Origin: Candidatus Poribacteria bacterium
GTDB lineage: Bacteria; Poribacteria; WGA-4E; PCPOR2b
Assembly: GCA_965208675.1 (NCBI GenBank)
Contig: OZ242351.1
Span: forward strand, 3,552,001-3,616,000
Length of the DNA stretch: 64,000 nt
Reading direction: 5' to 3'
The translations under genes and the position numbers were made by a program. This document shows positions 49,361 through 61,489 of this stretch, piece by piece. The stretch's first letter is position 1; each line of letters starts with the position of its first letter. Under the pieces are notes generated by a model. It had not been told where the DNA came from and ran no database searches. It worked only from the letters and a program-made list of their open reading frames with translations.

Positions 49361-50476
49361 ATGCGCCGAACTGTCCAACGCCTGTCCATCTCGATTATCA
49401 TCGCTTTATTCTTGTTCAGTCTAAACGCCGAGGTCTTTTCGAAGGGCGGCGGAGGGTTCGGCCGATCATTCGGCAGAAGCTACAGCAGCCGCAGTTCTAG
49501 CAAATCCTACAGCCGGACGGCGTCTCGCTCGTCCACCAGCCGTTCATGGTGGGGCGGCTCTCGCGCATCTACTTCCACAAGCCGGCGAGCCGCTGCACCT
49601 GCCGGTCAACGCAGCGCGGGCAAGAGTTACGGTCAAAGCACAAGTCGGCGTTCAAGCAACACTGCCACGCGGCAAAGCAGCGCGGTACGCCAAAAACAGG
49701 GCGCTATGAGCGGCGCCAGAACTTCATCCGCAGTCTCAACGAGAAACATGACCGGCAGCCAGAAACGCTCGTTGCGAGGCCAACGCCGCACAGAAGCGCG
49801 AAACCTTAAAGCAGAAAACCGCAGCCTCAAACGCCAGACACGGCAGGCGCGGCGGGAAACTGCCCGCGAGCGGCGCCGAACCGCTGAAGCCGCTTCGCCT
49901 ATTACAGTCAACAATTTCGGCGGCTTCTACCCGCTTGGAGGCTATTCCACCTTCGGTCTTGCTGCAAGCATGATGTACGGGAATATGATGGCTGGTATCT
50001 ATTTCCACGACCACTATAACCATATGATGCACCGCAGCTGGCTATGGCACTATCATCACCATGACTATGACCGGTCGCACTGGTCGAAGGACAAGCAAGG
50101 GGAGTACGAGAAATGGCGCGCCTATTACGACAGCCAAGGTGTTGAAAAAAACCCGAATTATGTCGACCCGGGCACTAGCCGCGATGAAGACTACACCGAA
50201 TCGTATGTCGAGAAAAATAGCGACAAGTTTTACGGTCCCAATGCCGCTGAAGCCGTGACCGTCGAAGAGCTCCCCAACGAAAAGGAACTCCGCGAAACGG
50301 TATTGGCGGGCGGCGCTGACGCCGCCATTCAGTCACAACCGCAGCGGGTTACGGTCGAAAGAAAGGTCGTCGTTCAGAAAAAGACATCCGGCGGCGCTTG
50401 GTTCCTCATGGTGTTCGGCAGCCTAATCGTCGTCGGCATCGTGGTTTTGGTGCTGTATAACAAGGGGTACTTCTAG
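49361..50476 (+). CDS. Exported low-complexity (Ser/Arg/Gly-rich) protein with a His-rich patch and C-terminal TM anchor
   Basis: GAGGAGG RBS; signal peptide; KGGGGFG start; HDHYNHMMH..HYHHH; C-terminal TM. Confidence 0.75.
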   Translation: MRRTVQRLSISIIIALFLFSLNAEVFSKGGGGFGRSFGRSYSSRSSSKSYSRTASRSSTSRSWWGGSRASTSTSRRAAAPAGQRSAGKSYGQSTSRRSSNTATRQSSAVRQKQGAMSGARTSSAVSTRNMTGSQKRSLRGQRRTEARNLKAENRSLKRQTRQARRETARERRRTAEAASPITVNNFGGFYPLGGYSTFGLAASMMYGNMMAGIYFHDHYNHMMHRSWLWHYHHHDYDRSHWSKDKQGEYEKWRAYYDSQGVEKNPNYVDPGTSRDEDYTESYVEKNSDKFYGPNAAEAVTVEELPNEKELRETVLAGGADAAIQSQPQRVTVERKVVVQKKTSGGAWFLMVFGSLIVVGIVVLVLYNKGYF

Positions 50477-50498
50477 GTTCAGATAGGGGTGAAGGCAC

Positions 50499-51203
50499 AT
50501 GGGGTTATTTGCGCGTAAACGCAAAACTCAACAACCGAATCGGCACGAGTTGGTAGAAATTCCTATCGGCAGTATGATTGAACTCACCGATCCAACCACG
50601 TTTGAAACCAGCGACACGCCGTCACGCACGTTTGAACTCATAGAGCGCAAAAAGTATGAAGGCGAAGGGCTCATGCGCTTTATGTATACGCTTAAAGATG
50701 GGAACGAGGTCGTGATTTTAGGCGTTGACCAAATCGGGGGCACCGATGAGTTTGAAGTCACGCGATGGATTATTGACAGTGAAGAGGAGATTGATAACGG
50801 CGGCGGCAGCCCTGAAGACGAGGATGATGACGAGGATGAATATTACTTCGACGACGATGACGACGACGATGCAGGTTTTATCATAGATGAAGGCGGCGGC
50901 GATTCTGAATCAAGCGCCGATCTGCCGGATAGCATCACGCTCCACTACACCGACCCCGACGACGAAGATTTGGAGTTTTCGGTCGAGTACCTTCGCCAAG
51001 TGGTCACGCCGGCAAACATGACCGTCGCCAACCTGAAAACGTTAGAAGAGTACGATGTCGAACTACACGATTATAACGCCGAAGAGGGGGGATTGATGTG
51101 TGTGGAGCACTGCGGCAATTGGTTGACCTTCTATGTCGGCGAGTTAATCTCCCAATCCGATGTAAATGTCTATCCTGCCGAGGAGGAGGCAGAATATATA
51201 TAA
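50499..51203 (+). CDS. DUF4178-like protein with an acidic insertion
   Basis: IPIGS..., Y.L.DG, LPDSIT, DY....LMCVE...FYVGE pattern; adjacent to DUF350. Confidence 0.55.
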   Translation: MGLFARKRKTQQPNRHELVEIPIGSMIELTDPTTFETSDTPSRTFELIERKKYEGEGLMRFMYTLKDGNEVVILGVDQIGGTDEFEVTRWIIDSEEEIDNGGGSPEDEDDDEDEYYFDDDDDDDAGFIIDEGGGDSESSADLPDSITLHYTDPDDEDLEFSVEYLRQVVTPANMTVANLKTLEEYDVELHDYNAEEGGLMCVEHCGNWLTFYVGELISQSDVNVYPAEEEAEYI

Positions 51204-51206
51204 ATT

Positions 51207-51327
51207 AAGACTTTCGCAGTGAGTTCAAAAGTCCCCCTGATAAGGGGGATTTAGGGGGTTAAAAGCACTGAATTAGCGACTTTTTAAGCCCAATATTTCC
51301 TTTTTCTGCTCAATTTGCGTAAGTCCT
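51207..51327. repeat. 121-bp MITE-like repeat, copy 2
   Basis: AAGACTTTCGCA...TGCGTAAGTCCT ends; matches 30135-30255. Confidence 0.8.
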
Positions 51328-51419
51328 ACAATTTGTTAACCCCAATAACGAAGTAACATGTCCGCGAACCCGCAATTTTAGTCACAAACATCACCTTCAA
51401 CGAAGGAGGAATTTAGCAA

Positions 51420-51764
51420 ATGGCAAAAAAAATCGTTATTCTCAGTTTCTGTGTCGCAATCGCTTTTATCCTCGCTGCGTCGTTCCTATCGACGACGGTT
51501 GACGCTCAAGGTGAAACATCTGAAGCGGTAGACAGCGGGGCATTTATCGACTTCAAACACCTCGCGCTGCTCATCGTTGAGAGCGTCATTTTCAGCATTG
51601 TCGGTATGATAGTCTTGGTGATTGGATATAAAATCTTCGACGCCGTCACACCGTACGATCTGAACCACGAGATTGCCGAGGATGATAATGCCGCGGCTGG
51701 AATTTCTATCGCAGGGCTGCTCATTGCTCTGGGACTGATTGTGGCAGCGGCGATATCAGGCTAA
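51420..51764 (+). CDS. DUF350 domain membrane protein
   Basis: FDAVTPYDLNHEIAEDDNAAAGI signature. Confidence 0.85.
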   Translation: MAKKIVILSFCVAIAFILAASFLSTTVDAQGETSEAVDSGAFIDFKHLALLIVESVIFSIVGMIVLVIGYKIFDAVTPYDLNHEIAEDDNAAAGISIAGLLIALGLIVAAAISG

Positions 51765-51800
51765 TTGGTCAGCAGCCGACCAATCCGTTATTAGGTCGTT

Positions 51801-52390
51801 TATAGTCATGTAGATATATATTTACACACATTCAGATACCCCCTGATAAGGGAGGCTAGGGGGGTTGACACCCCTTTTTGATGGCCGCAAGATTGAGCGG
51901 TGATGTGTAATTCATAGTCGAAGTGACTATAGCAGAAGATACTAGGGGCAATCTGCGCACTCGCGCGGATTGCCTCTTTTCAATTGTGTTAATGTAGGTT
52001 GGGTTAAGCGATCAATCGACTGAACGGTTTAATGTAGGTTGGGTTAAGCGGTGTTGACGAAAAAAGTATGTATGCCCCATGCGTATTCAAGGTTTGATTG
52101 CGTACGAAGTTTTGTTTGATGTAGCGAACCCAACGCTTTTTGGTAATTGCGGATGTGGTTCGTTGAACGGACGCGGCGCCGGTTTCGGAAAAAACTATCG
52201 CTGTCCACCAGTTTCGGGAGTTGATTCAGTTTGAAATCAGTAGGAGTTACGCAGTTGAACGTCCAAAGGTTCGTAGTAGGGCAATTTATTGCCCGTTCCT
52301 TCATAAAACAACATGTCAGGTCAAGGACGTGAACGACCTGCCGGACGCGCAATAAATTGCGCTACTACAAACTGAACTGCGTAAGTCCTA
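51801..52390. repeat. Cluster of REP/MITE-like repeats
   Basis: TATAGTCA..TGACTATA shell (51801-51931); two GTAGGTTGGGTTAAGCG; GTAGGGCAATTTATTGCCC; TGCGTAAGTCCT. Confidence 0.75.
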
Positions 52391-52471
52391 ATCAGTTATG
52401 ATGTAACGTAATCCAATGTTTTTTTGTTTATCAATGCGATCGAATTGAGAGTCGCATTGACCTAGAAACCG

Positions 52472-52747
52472 ATGCTATTTCCCATCATTTTCTTCATCTT
52501 AATCCCCCTCGTCGTCTGGATTGTCTTGCACACGGTTTCCAAACGGCGGGAAAAGCAAGACCCAACCGAGCAAATCGCCATGGAGGAGTGCGCGCTCTGC
52601 CACGAGGAATTTCCCGTCGACGAACTGATGGAAAAAGAGGTCGGCGGATACAGCAGAGTTTACTGTTTCTGCGGCGGTTGTATCGAAGGACTTTTCAGCG
52701 AATATCAGGCAAAACGAGAAGCCTCGATAGACGAATCGGGAAACTGA
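52472..52747 (+). CDS. Small membrane-anchored Zn-finger protein
   Basis: N-terminal TM; CALC...CGGC; abuts trpC. Confidence 0.65.
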   Translation: MLFPIIFFILIPLVVWIVLHTVSKRREKQDPTEQIAMEECALCHEEFPVDELMEKEVGGYSRVYCFCGGCIEGLFSEYQAKREASIDESGN

Positions 52748-53548
52748 ATGAAAGAAAAAACGCCTTCAATCCTGCACACCATTGTCACCCACAAACACAA
52801 AGAACTCAAACAAGATCAGTGCCGCCTCCCGTTGGCTGCGTTGAAAGAGAGACTCACGAATCAGCCGCCTACGCGGGATTTCCGATCCGCACTGTCCTCT
52901 CCAAGCCGCATCAATCTCATCGCTGAAGTTAAGAAAAAATCGCCAAGCAAAGGCGTTTTGCGCGAAGATTTCGATCCGGTTGCGATTGCCGGAACCTATG
53001 CCGCAGCCGGCGCATCTGCGGTTTCCGTGCTGACGGATGCTCAGTTTTTCGACGGTCATCTCATGTATCTCACCGCGATTCGCCGTGCGGTGGATATTCC
53101 GCTGCTGCGAAAAGATTTCACCGTCGGCCCATACCAGATTTATCAAGCCCGCCTCGCCGGCGCAGACGCAATTCTGCTGATTGCGGCAATCCTGACGTTA
53201 GCGCAACTGCGCGAATTTACCCAAATTGCTAAAACCCTCAACCTCGCCAGCCTTGTCGAAGTGCATACCGAGAAAGAATTAGAACTCGCGCTGCGCGCAG
53301 ACGCAGAAATCATCGGCGTCAACAACCGCAACCTCGAAACCTTCGAGACGGACATCGCAACTACTTTCCGCTTGATTGAATCCATCCCAACGGATAAAAT
53401 TGTCGTGAGCGAAAGCGGCATCTACACCCGAGAGGACGTTGAAGCGCTGCGCGACGCCGGCGTCAACGCCATTCTAGTCGGCGAGTCGTTGATGCGCTCT
53501 CCAGATATCGAGCACAAAATCAAGGAACTATTGGGAGACTGGCAGTGA
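52748..53548 (+). CDS. trpC: Indole-3-glycerol-phosphate synthase
   Basis: IAEVKKKSPSKG, SVLTD, LRKDF, LVEVH, GVNNRNL, SESGI, LVGESLM. Confidence 0.97.
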   Translation: MKEKTPSILHTIVTHKHKELKQDQCRLPLAALKERLTNQPPTRDFRSALSSPSRINLIAEVKKKSPSKGVLREDFDPVAIAGTYAAAGASAVSVLTDAQFFDGHLMYLTAIRRAVDIPLLRKDFTVGPYQIYQARLAGADAILLIAAILTLAQLREFTQIAKTLNLASLVEVHTEKELELALRADAEIIGVNNRNLETFETDIATTFRLIESIPTDKIVVSESGIYTREDVEALRDAGVNAILVGESLMRSPDIEHKIKELLGDWQ

Positions 53549-53665
53549 CCCCAATTGTTTGGACACGAAATTGCGGATGTTAAGGAGGTATTTTGAAGTT
53601 TAGGACTCACGTACAACTGTGTTAGTGCTGCGTTGTTAATTCAAGATTAAATATCGATTGGTGTT

Positions 53666-54485
53666 CTAGTGTGCATTATACGCGGCCTCGAATTCAGCGG
53701 GTGTCCTATAGCCTAGCGCTGAATGAGGCCTTTTCTGATTATACACGACATCTAATACTGGACTAAGTTGGTTGTATGCATCCCGGAAATCCTGATACTC
53801 GGAGTCAACGATATACTCGTCTTTGATTCTGCCAATCGTACTCTCAACGTATGGATTCTGCCACGGTTTGCCACGGTCCGTCATGGAAATGCGACACGCT
53901 ATCGCTCTCAATTGCTGGCAATACTTCTCAGCAATGTACTGTCCACCTCGGTCTGAATGATGGATTTGCGGACGATGCTGTCTTGCTAATGCTTTTCTCA
54001 AAGCCCCAGACAGCAGGTTAACTGACATGTTTTTTTGATCAGCCCCTTATGGTTCGAGTAAAAACATCAAACAATAATGCCAGATAAGCCATTTGACCAC
54101 TAGCCAGTGGAATATAGGTGATATCTGCACACCAAATCTGGTCAGGATAAGAGACCGATAAATCTTTGAGCAAATTCGGATACGCATATCGTCCGGGTTG
54201 ACTGTTGGTGGTAATCACCCGCTTTCGCCTAGGACGTACCTGAAGCCCTAGTGCGCCAACCAGACGTTGCACCCGTTTTCGGTTGACAACCAATCCTTGA
54301 CGATGCAGTTCATTTGTGATTCTGCGATACCCATAGCGGTGATGTGATAAGCGTATTTGCTCGATATGCCGGCAAAGCTGAGCATCACCATCGGCTTTGG
54401 AATCGTAATAGAAACTGCTTCGAGACAAACCTAGCACATTACACAGTAGGCTAATGGGAAATGCTTTGCTGCCGCGTTTCGCCAA
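53666..54485 (-). pseudogene. IS3 transposase OrfB (DDE), disrupted
   Basis: YGYRRI, WCADITY, HHSDRGGQY, NPYVES, YNQKRPHSALGY; broken by TGA at 54039-54041 and a frameshift in an A7 run. Confidence 0.88.
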
Positions 54486-54499
54486 TTCCCGTTTCTGCT

Positions 54500-54793
54500 T
54501 TATCGAGAGTCGAAGTAACTCAATACTTTTTTTGAGGCAGACAGCTCCAGTGTCAATTGCCCGACGAGACGCTCCAGTTCAGCGATGCGCGCATTGGAGG
54601 CGTTCTTGTGGTTCTGTTCACCCACAAAGAGATTTGCGGCGTTTTCCATGAAGTGTTGGCGCCATTTGGACAGTAAGGTATCGCTGATTTGATATTCGTT
54701 ACAAATTTCAACTGGGCGTTTCCGCCCACTGATGATATCTAGTACACATTCGAGCTTAAATTCGGGTGTAAATTGCCGTCTTGTCTTCGACAT
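54500..54793 (-). CDS. IS3 transposase OrfA
   Basis: RRQFTPEFK HTH, leucine zipper IAELERLVGQLTLE; A7G frameshift site at 54526-54533. Confidence 0.9.
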   Translation of the reverse strand: MSKTRRQFTPEFKLECVLDIISGRKRPVEICNEYQISDTLLSKWRQHFMENAANLFVGEQNHKNASNARIAELERLVGQLTLELSASKKVLSYFDSR

Positions 54794-54889
54794 GATAGCC
54801 CCTTTCTGGACGGTTAGTCATTATAAAATCCTTCTTAGCTCACTGTCCAGTTTTTTGGGGTCATTCCAACTAGGACTACTAAATAGCAG

Positions 54890-55810
54890 TTTTTGTAGGT
54901 TGGGTTAAGCGATCAACTGACCGAATAGGGAAGGCGGTAGTCTTCTCAAATCCTCCCCTTTGACAAGGGGGAGCTAGAGGGGGTCGAGTTATTGTAGGTT
55001 GGGTTAAGCGATGATCGCCAAAAAATGTAGGAATGTCATGTGCGTTCGAGATTTGATTGTGGTAGAAAATTTGTTAGAGGTAGCGAACCCAACGCTTTTT
55101 GGTTATTGGCATGTGTTCAGATTACCGGAGTCGGTTCGGGCTTACGAAAAGCGTTGGGTTACGCTTTATTGATTTTTGCAATCGCGCGGCGCAATATCAG
55201 TGGCATTTTTATTCCGTCTTTACGAATTTGATACAAGTTGCTTTACCCAACCTACAGGACTATTGGAAGCGTAGGCACCTCAAAAAGCAGTGGAAAACAA
55301 CCCTTACATTAGGACCCCAACCGCATCGGCGGGCGGTAAAAACACTCATTGGTTTGTGGGAGAGGCTTCCTAGCCTCGATTATTAATTCGTTTTTGTAGG
55401 TTGGGTTAAGCGATCAACTGAGCGAATAGCGGGTGCCATAGAGATTCTCAGGTCTATTCAACGCGGATTCTCCACGCACGAAAGCGCTAGCGGGGCGACA
55501 GGTATATTTACTTTGGAATGAACCAATGACCGCCGATTATGCTCAGTTCTTGTAGGTCGAGTTAAGCCAACGGCGAAGCCCAACGATCGAGCGACTGAAT
55601 AAGGAGCGCGATAGTCTTCTCCCAAATCCAATTCCGTCCCTCCCAGAATACACCGCAACGTACTCCATACGATTAATCGAGTTCATGTTAACGATGCTAG
55701 ACGATAGGAATCCCCCTCCTTACCAAGGAGGAAGGAGGTTGTCCTTGTAGTCTGAGTTAAAATCAACCAATCATCGAACAGATTTGCGAAGGCGATAGTC
55801 TTCACCAACC
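54890..55810. repeat. Cluster of GTAG-type REP repeats
   Basis: GTAGGTTGGGTTAAGCG at about 54896, 54994 and 55396; variants at about 55552 and 55748; inverse ACCCAACCTAC at about 55245; CCCCT..AGGGG hairpins. Confidence 0.75.
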
Positions 55811-56065
55811 CACGCCAAATTCCCGTCTTATCATTACCGCAAAATCAAATTATCGATTCCCCCACCTCGCATTCTTCCAAAGACCCAAAATCAACATTAC
55901 GGTGTCGAGAGGTGAATATAGACCTATACCCTTCCGCGGCCCTCGATGAATCCGGACATTCTCTTGAATTTTTTTTGATTTCGACGCTTAATTGAAAAAA
56001 ACTTTCACCTGCCAAGAAAAACAGTTACGCATAAACGCCCCCGCCGCCTCAAACCCTAATCGGCT

Positions 56066-56315
56066 GTCCCAAAATGGGACGGATTCCCATTTTGGGAAAA
56101 ACGCCCGCATCCCGCTCCATTACTGGATTTGCGCCGATTTTCTTCCATTTTTCCCTTTTTAAAAAGTCTCATTTTGGGACACATGCCCCCATCCACCATC
56201 GCACATCTCTGCCCGACCGAACCCGCCGAACCCTATAAAGATCAGTCTATGACAGGGTTTATCCGTCTGTAAGCCCTAACACGCGCCTTCAACTACGCGT
56301 TGGCATGGTTTTTGC
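56066..56315 (+). promoter_or_regulatory. Sigma54-type promoter with three palindromic upstream boxes
   Basis: TTGGCATGGTTTTTGC (56300-56315); GTCCCAAAATGGGAC (56066), TTCCCATTTTGGGAA (56084), GTCTCATTTTGGGAC (56166). Confidence 0.65.
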
Positions 56316-56588
56316 CTAGTAATAAAGCGTCTGAAGACCATGGTGTAAATAGATTTCACTTACTTGATACGAAACCGCATCAAATGACTTTTCAAACAAT
56401 TTCTAACGAATAAACCAATCATGAATTCGTAAATCCTTTTTCGCAAAAAATCTTCGGATTCATAATAAAGGAAATGAACCCCGTACCAATTGAAACACAA
56501 CAATTAGTTTAGACCTTCTCCAATCTGGGGCGGGTCTAATTTATAGAAATTCAAGAAACTGGTAGTAGGTCCGATTCAGGAGGCAAAA

Positions 56589-56939
56589 ATGGAAGTGGAT
56601 AAGGATATCGTCATCGGCATAGCAATTGAGTCGTGGCGGTTAAGACGGGTCTTTGAACGTTTGCTCACCAAGCTTGAAATCGAAGAGCAGCATCGATACA
56701 AAAACCAGTTGCGATGGTTTGAAAAGAAATTGGAGGAGTTTCTTACGCAAATCGGTTGGCAGGTTGTTGATGTCGAAGGACAACCGTTCGATCCGGGCAT
56801 GGCTGCCACGCCGTTAAACATTGAGGATTTTGACTCTAAAGATTCCTTGATGGTTGATCAGATGCTTGAGCCGATTATCATGGGGAAAGTCGGATTGGTA
56901 AAAACAGGCACAGTCATTCTAAAAAGGGAGGAATTATGA
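56589..56939 (+). CDS. Short GrpE-like protein
   Basis: EGQPFDPG..., MLEP..MG..VKTG.V resembles the GrpE beta head; AGGAGG RBS; ATGA overlap with Hsp70. Confidence 0.6.
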   Translation: MEVDKDIVIGIAIESWRLRRVFERLLTKLEIEEQHRYKNQLRWFEKKLEEFLTQIGWQVVDVEGQPFDPGMAATPLNIEDFDSKDSLMVDQMLEPIIMGKVGLVKTGTVILKREEL

Positions 56940-59545
56940 AAAATTTTGTCGGTATTGACCTAGGAACGACAAACAGCGCCATCTGCTCCTACGATGGCTC
57001 CGAAACGCGAATCTGGAAGAGTCCCGAGACAAACGACGTAACACCTTCTGCAATCTATATTGACCGCCGTGGAAATAAGTATTTCGGCCAAAGGGCTTAC
57101 AATTCTGCGCCTAGGAGCCCAGATAACGCCGCAACGCTGTTCAAACGCCTCATGGGTACGAGCACGCCCGTTGAACTTTCCGCAGCCGGCGTTACCCTAA
57201 CCCCAGAGGAGTGCTCTGCAGAAATATTGAAGGTGCTGTTTGGTTATCTGCCAGAAGAAATCCGGAATGACTCTGATACAGGCACTGTCATCACGGTACC
57301 TGCGGCATTTAATCAGATGCAGAAAGATGCCACTATGCAGGCTGCAAATATGGCTGGCATAGGCAAAGTCGCGCTCATGCAAGAACCGGTCGCGGCCGTG
57401 ATGAGCGTTATGCGAACGCGAAAAACCGATGGTATGTTCCTCATTTATGACATTGGAGGAGGTACGACCGACATAGCTATCGCTGAAAGTATCGGTGGGA
57501 GAGTGAACCTTCTCGCCCACGGCGGGATTCAAATGTGTGGAGGACGCGACTTCGATCGCGCGCTCGTTGACAACGTTGTTCGTCCTTGGTTGCTTGCGAC
57601 CTGTGAATTACCTGAAGACTTCTCCGTAAACCCGACCTTCAAATCGCTCATCCGCCTAGCCACTTGGGCAACCGAGCGCGCCAAGATTGAACTCTCGTCA
57701 CGTGAGGAGGCGGTGATTAGACTTGATGAAATGGATGCGAGGACACAAGATTTAAACGGTGATGAAATCTACCTTGATATTCCACTGTCCCGGGAAACTC
57801 TCGACCATCTGATTTCCGAGCGTGAAAGCGAAACCATTGACGCCGCTCGTGAGGCCCTCTCGCAAGCCGGCCTCACGCCCCACGATATGGAATGCATCGT
57901 GTGGGTCGGCGGTCCAACTAATTACAAACCCTTGCGGGACAAAGTTACTTTTGAATTAGGAATTGCTGGTCACATGGATGTGAACCCAATGACCGCCGTG
58001 GCTGAAGGGGCGAGTCTTTTTGCTGAATCCATTGACTGGAGTTCCCGAAGCCGCTCGCGGAAGGATATTCGCGGACAGATTTCCGCGCAAGGTGAACTCG
58101 AATTGAATTTCAGGTACATCGCCCGCACACCGACAGACAACACCCAGATTGGTGTTCAACTGGCGGGACAAGTAGCTCCTGGTTCTGAATTTCAGATCGA
58201 CAGTGTTGATACCGGATGGACTTCCGGTCGCTTGCGACTAGTACACGGCGTAACCATAGACGTAGCTTTAACACAGGACGGGATGAACACCTTTGCGGTG
58301 TCCGCTTTCGATGCTGTGGGCGAACCCATAGCCCTTGAACAGAATGAGATTGTTATCTCGAAAACTGCTGCTACCGTTGACGCCATTCCGGCGTCGCACT
58401 CAATGGCGCTAGAGGTCCTGGACAAGCTTGGGGGGCAGCCGGTACTCAAATATCTGGTTCGGAAGGGCGACCCACTGCCCAAAAAAGGCAAAATGGTGGT
58501 TAAGGCCGGTGAACCGCTTAAAGCTGGATCATCCGGCTATCTCAATTTTAAGCTGTGGGAGGGTGAAATTCAGAATCCCATTAAGGACAACCGCTGGATT
58601 GGTGCGATTATAATAACTGGAGAAGACTTCGATTACGGTGTGATTCCTACTGGCGCCGACCTTGTCTGTGATTATGAGATTTCCGACTCAGGGAATCTCG
58701 GGATTGAAGTCTCCGTTCCAAGTATCGGCGCAACTTTCAGCTCGGATAAGAACTTCTATTCAAGCGAGGACGCGAAAATCAACAACAAATCGGTTTCTGT
58801 TCGGACAGCTGTTGCCGATGAAGTGGCGGACACGATGAACCGGATTGATGAAATCAAGAAATCCGTAGATGACACGAAACTGGAGCAAGCTAGACAAAAA
58901 CTTGTATCCGCTGCGGCACTCAATCCCGATGAAACGGACGCTGAAAATGTGCAAGAGGCAAGCGAAAGGGTGTTGGAGGCAAAGAAACTCCTTGCTCAAG
59001 TTAGAGAAGCGAACCTCAAGGAATTTCGTCAAGCCGAACTTTCCAGGGTGGTTGGATCATTTGAGCATGTCCGCCGATTTGCCCGCACATCAGAGTCGGA
59101 AGCATTCGACAAGCTAACGGCAACTGCGCAGCACGCTATTGACAGCAATGACAACAACTTCGAAGGGTATTTAGATGAGCTTAAGGGAAAGAACTTTGAC
59201 CTGTGGTGGCGCCAACCATGGTTTATTATTGAACAGTTCAAGCGATTTGCGAGTTCGCCTGAGCGATTTGCGAGTTCGCCTGAGCGATTTGCGAGTTCGC
59301 CTGAGCGATTTGCGAGTTCGCCTGAGCGATTTGCCGACAAGGGACGTTTCGAGGAACTTGTCACAATCGGATCGCAATTCCTGCCGAAAGACATCAGCCC
59401 TGACGGGAAGGGTACTGGATTTATAGATCCCGAAGACATTAAGCGACTGCGTCCTGTTGTCGCCGAAATGTACCAGCTTCAATATGAAGGAGGTCCAGGT
59501 ACGAAGGGCATTGAGGATTTGGTGGTCAACATCATCGGAGGTTGA
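56936..59545 (+). CDS. Atypical Hsp70 family protein
   Basis: [42 protein letters not shown]; extra beta domain and a divergent C-terminus. Confidence 0.92.
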   Translation: MKNFVGIDLGTTNSAICSYDGSETRIWKSPETNDVTPSAIYIDRRGNKYFGQRAYNSAPRSPDNAATLFKRLMGTSTPVELSAAGVTLTPEECSAEILKVLFGYLPEEIRNDSDTGTVITVPAAFNQMQKDATMQAANMAGIGKVALMQEPVAAVMSVMRTRKTDGMFLIYDIGGGTTDIAIAESIGGRVNLLAHGGIQMCGGRDFDRALVDNVVRPWLLATCELPEDFSVNPTFKSLIRLATWATERAKIELSSREEAVIRLDEMDARTQDLNGDEIYLDIPLSRETLDHLISERESETIDAAREALSQAGLTPHDMECIVWVGGPTNYKPLRDKVTFELGIAGHMDVNPMTAVAEGASLFAESIDWSSRSRSRKDIRGQISAQGELELNFRYIARTPTDNTQIGVQLAGQVAPGSEFQIDSVDTGWTSGRLRLVHGVTIDVALTQDGMNTFAVSAFDAVGEPIALEQNEIVISKTAATVDAIPASHSMALEVLDKLGGQPVLKYLVRKGDPLPKKGKMVVKAGEPLKAGSSGYLNFKLWEGEIQNPIKDNRWIGAIIITGEDFDYGVIPTGADLVCDYEISDSGNLGIEVSVPSIGATFSSDKNFYSSEDAKINNKSVSVRTAVADEVADTMNRIDEIKKSVDDTKLEQARQKLVSAAALNPDETDAENVQEASERVLEAKKLLAQVREANLKEFRQAELSRVVGSFEHVRRFARTSESEAFDKLTATAQHAIDSNDNNFEGYLDELKGKNFDLWWRQPWFIIEQFKRFASSPERFASSPERFASSPERFASSPERFADKGRFEELVTIGSQFLPKDISPDGKGTGFIDPEDIKRLRPVVAEMYQLQYEGGPGTKGIEDLVVNIIGG
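59241..59334 (+). repeat. Perfect in-frame 21-bp tandem repeat (RFASSPE x4.5)
   Basis: AGCGATTTGCGAGTTCGCCTG four times plus a partial copy. Confidence 0.95.
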
Positions 59546-59678
59546 TTAGTAAGATGGCATTACACTTTTTGGGCGTCGTTCGGAGAAATCTACAACCGTG
59601 TATTGCCTACCGCCAAATAACAATTGCGAGAAGTGTCGATACATCACATTCGTCAATCATTCTCAACCGGAAAAGTGC

Positions 59679-61428
<1,750 letters not shown>

Positions 61429-61489
61429 GTAACACCGAAGGCGAAACCCAACCTACAGAACCTTGTCCGTGGCTACAAGTTGTCGGACT

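Larger units (their letters stand above)
53541..54868 (-). mobile_element. IS3-family insertion sequence with inactivated orfB
   Basis: Imperfect TIRs (TGACCCC-N8-GGACA) at both ends, 3-bp target duplication ACT, orfA/orfB layout with an AAAAAAG slippery site. Confidence 0.92.

Noticed and set aside
54030-54041. Programmed recoding inside IS3 orfB
   Set aside because: It would need both TGA readthrough and a frameshift; the genuine slippery site is at 54526-54533, so this is decay
52044-55658. Short ORFs in the repeat-rich intergenic regions (52044-52352, 55040-55386, 55458-55658)
   Set aside because: They are translations of REP/MITE sequence without protein-like features
51990-55810. Repeated GTAGGTTGGGTTAAGCG as a CRISPR array
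   Set aside because: Irregular spacing, both orientations, no uniform spacers and no cas genes; fits REP elements
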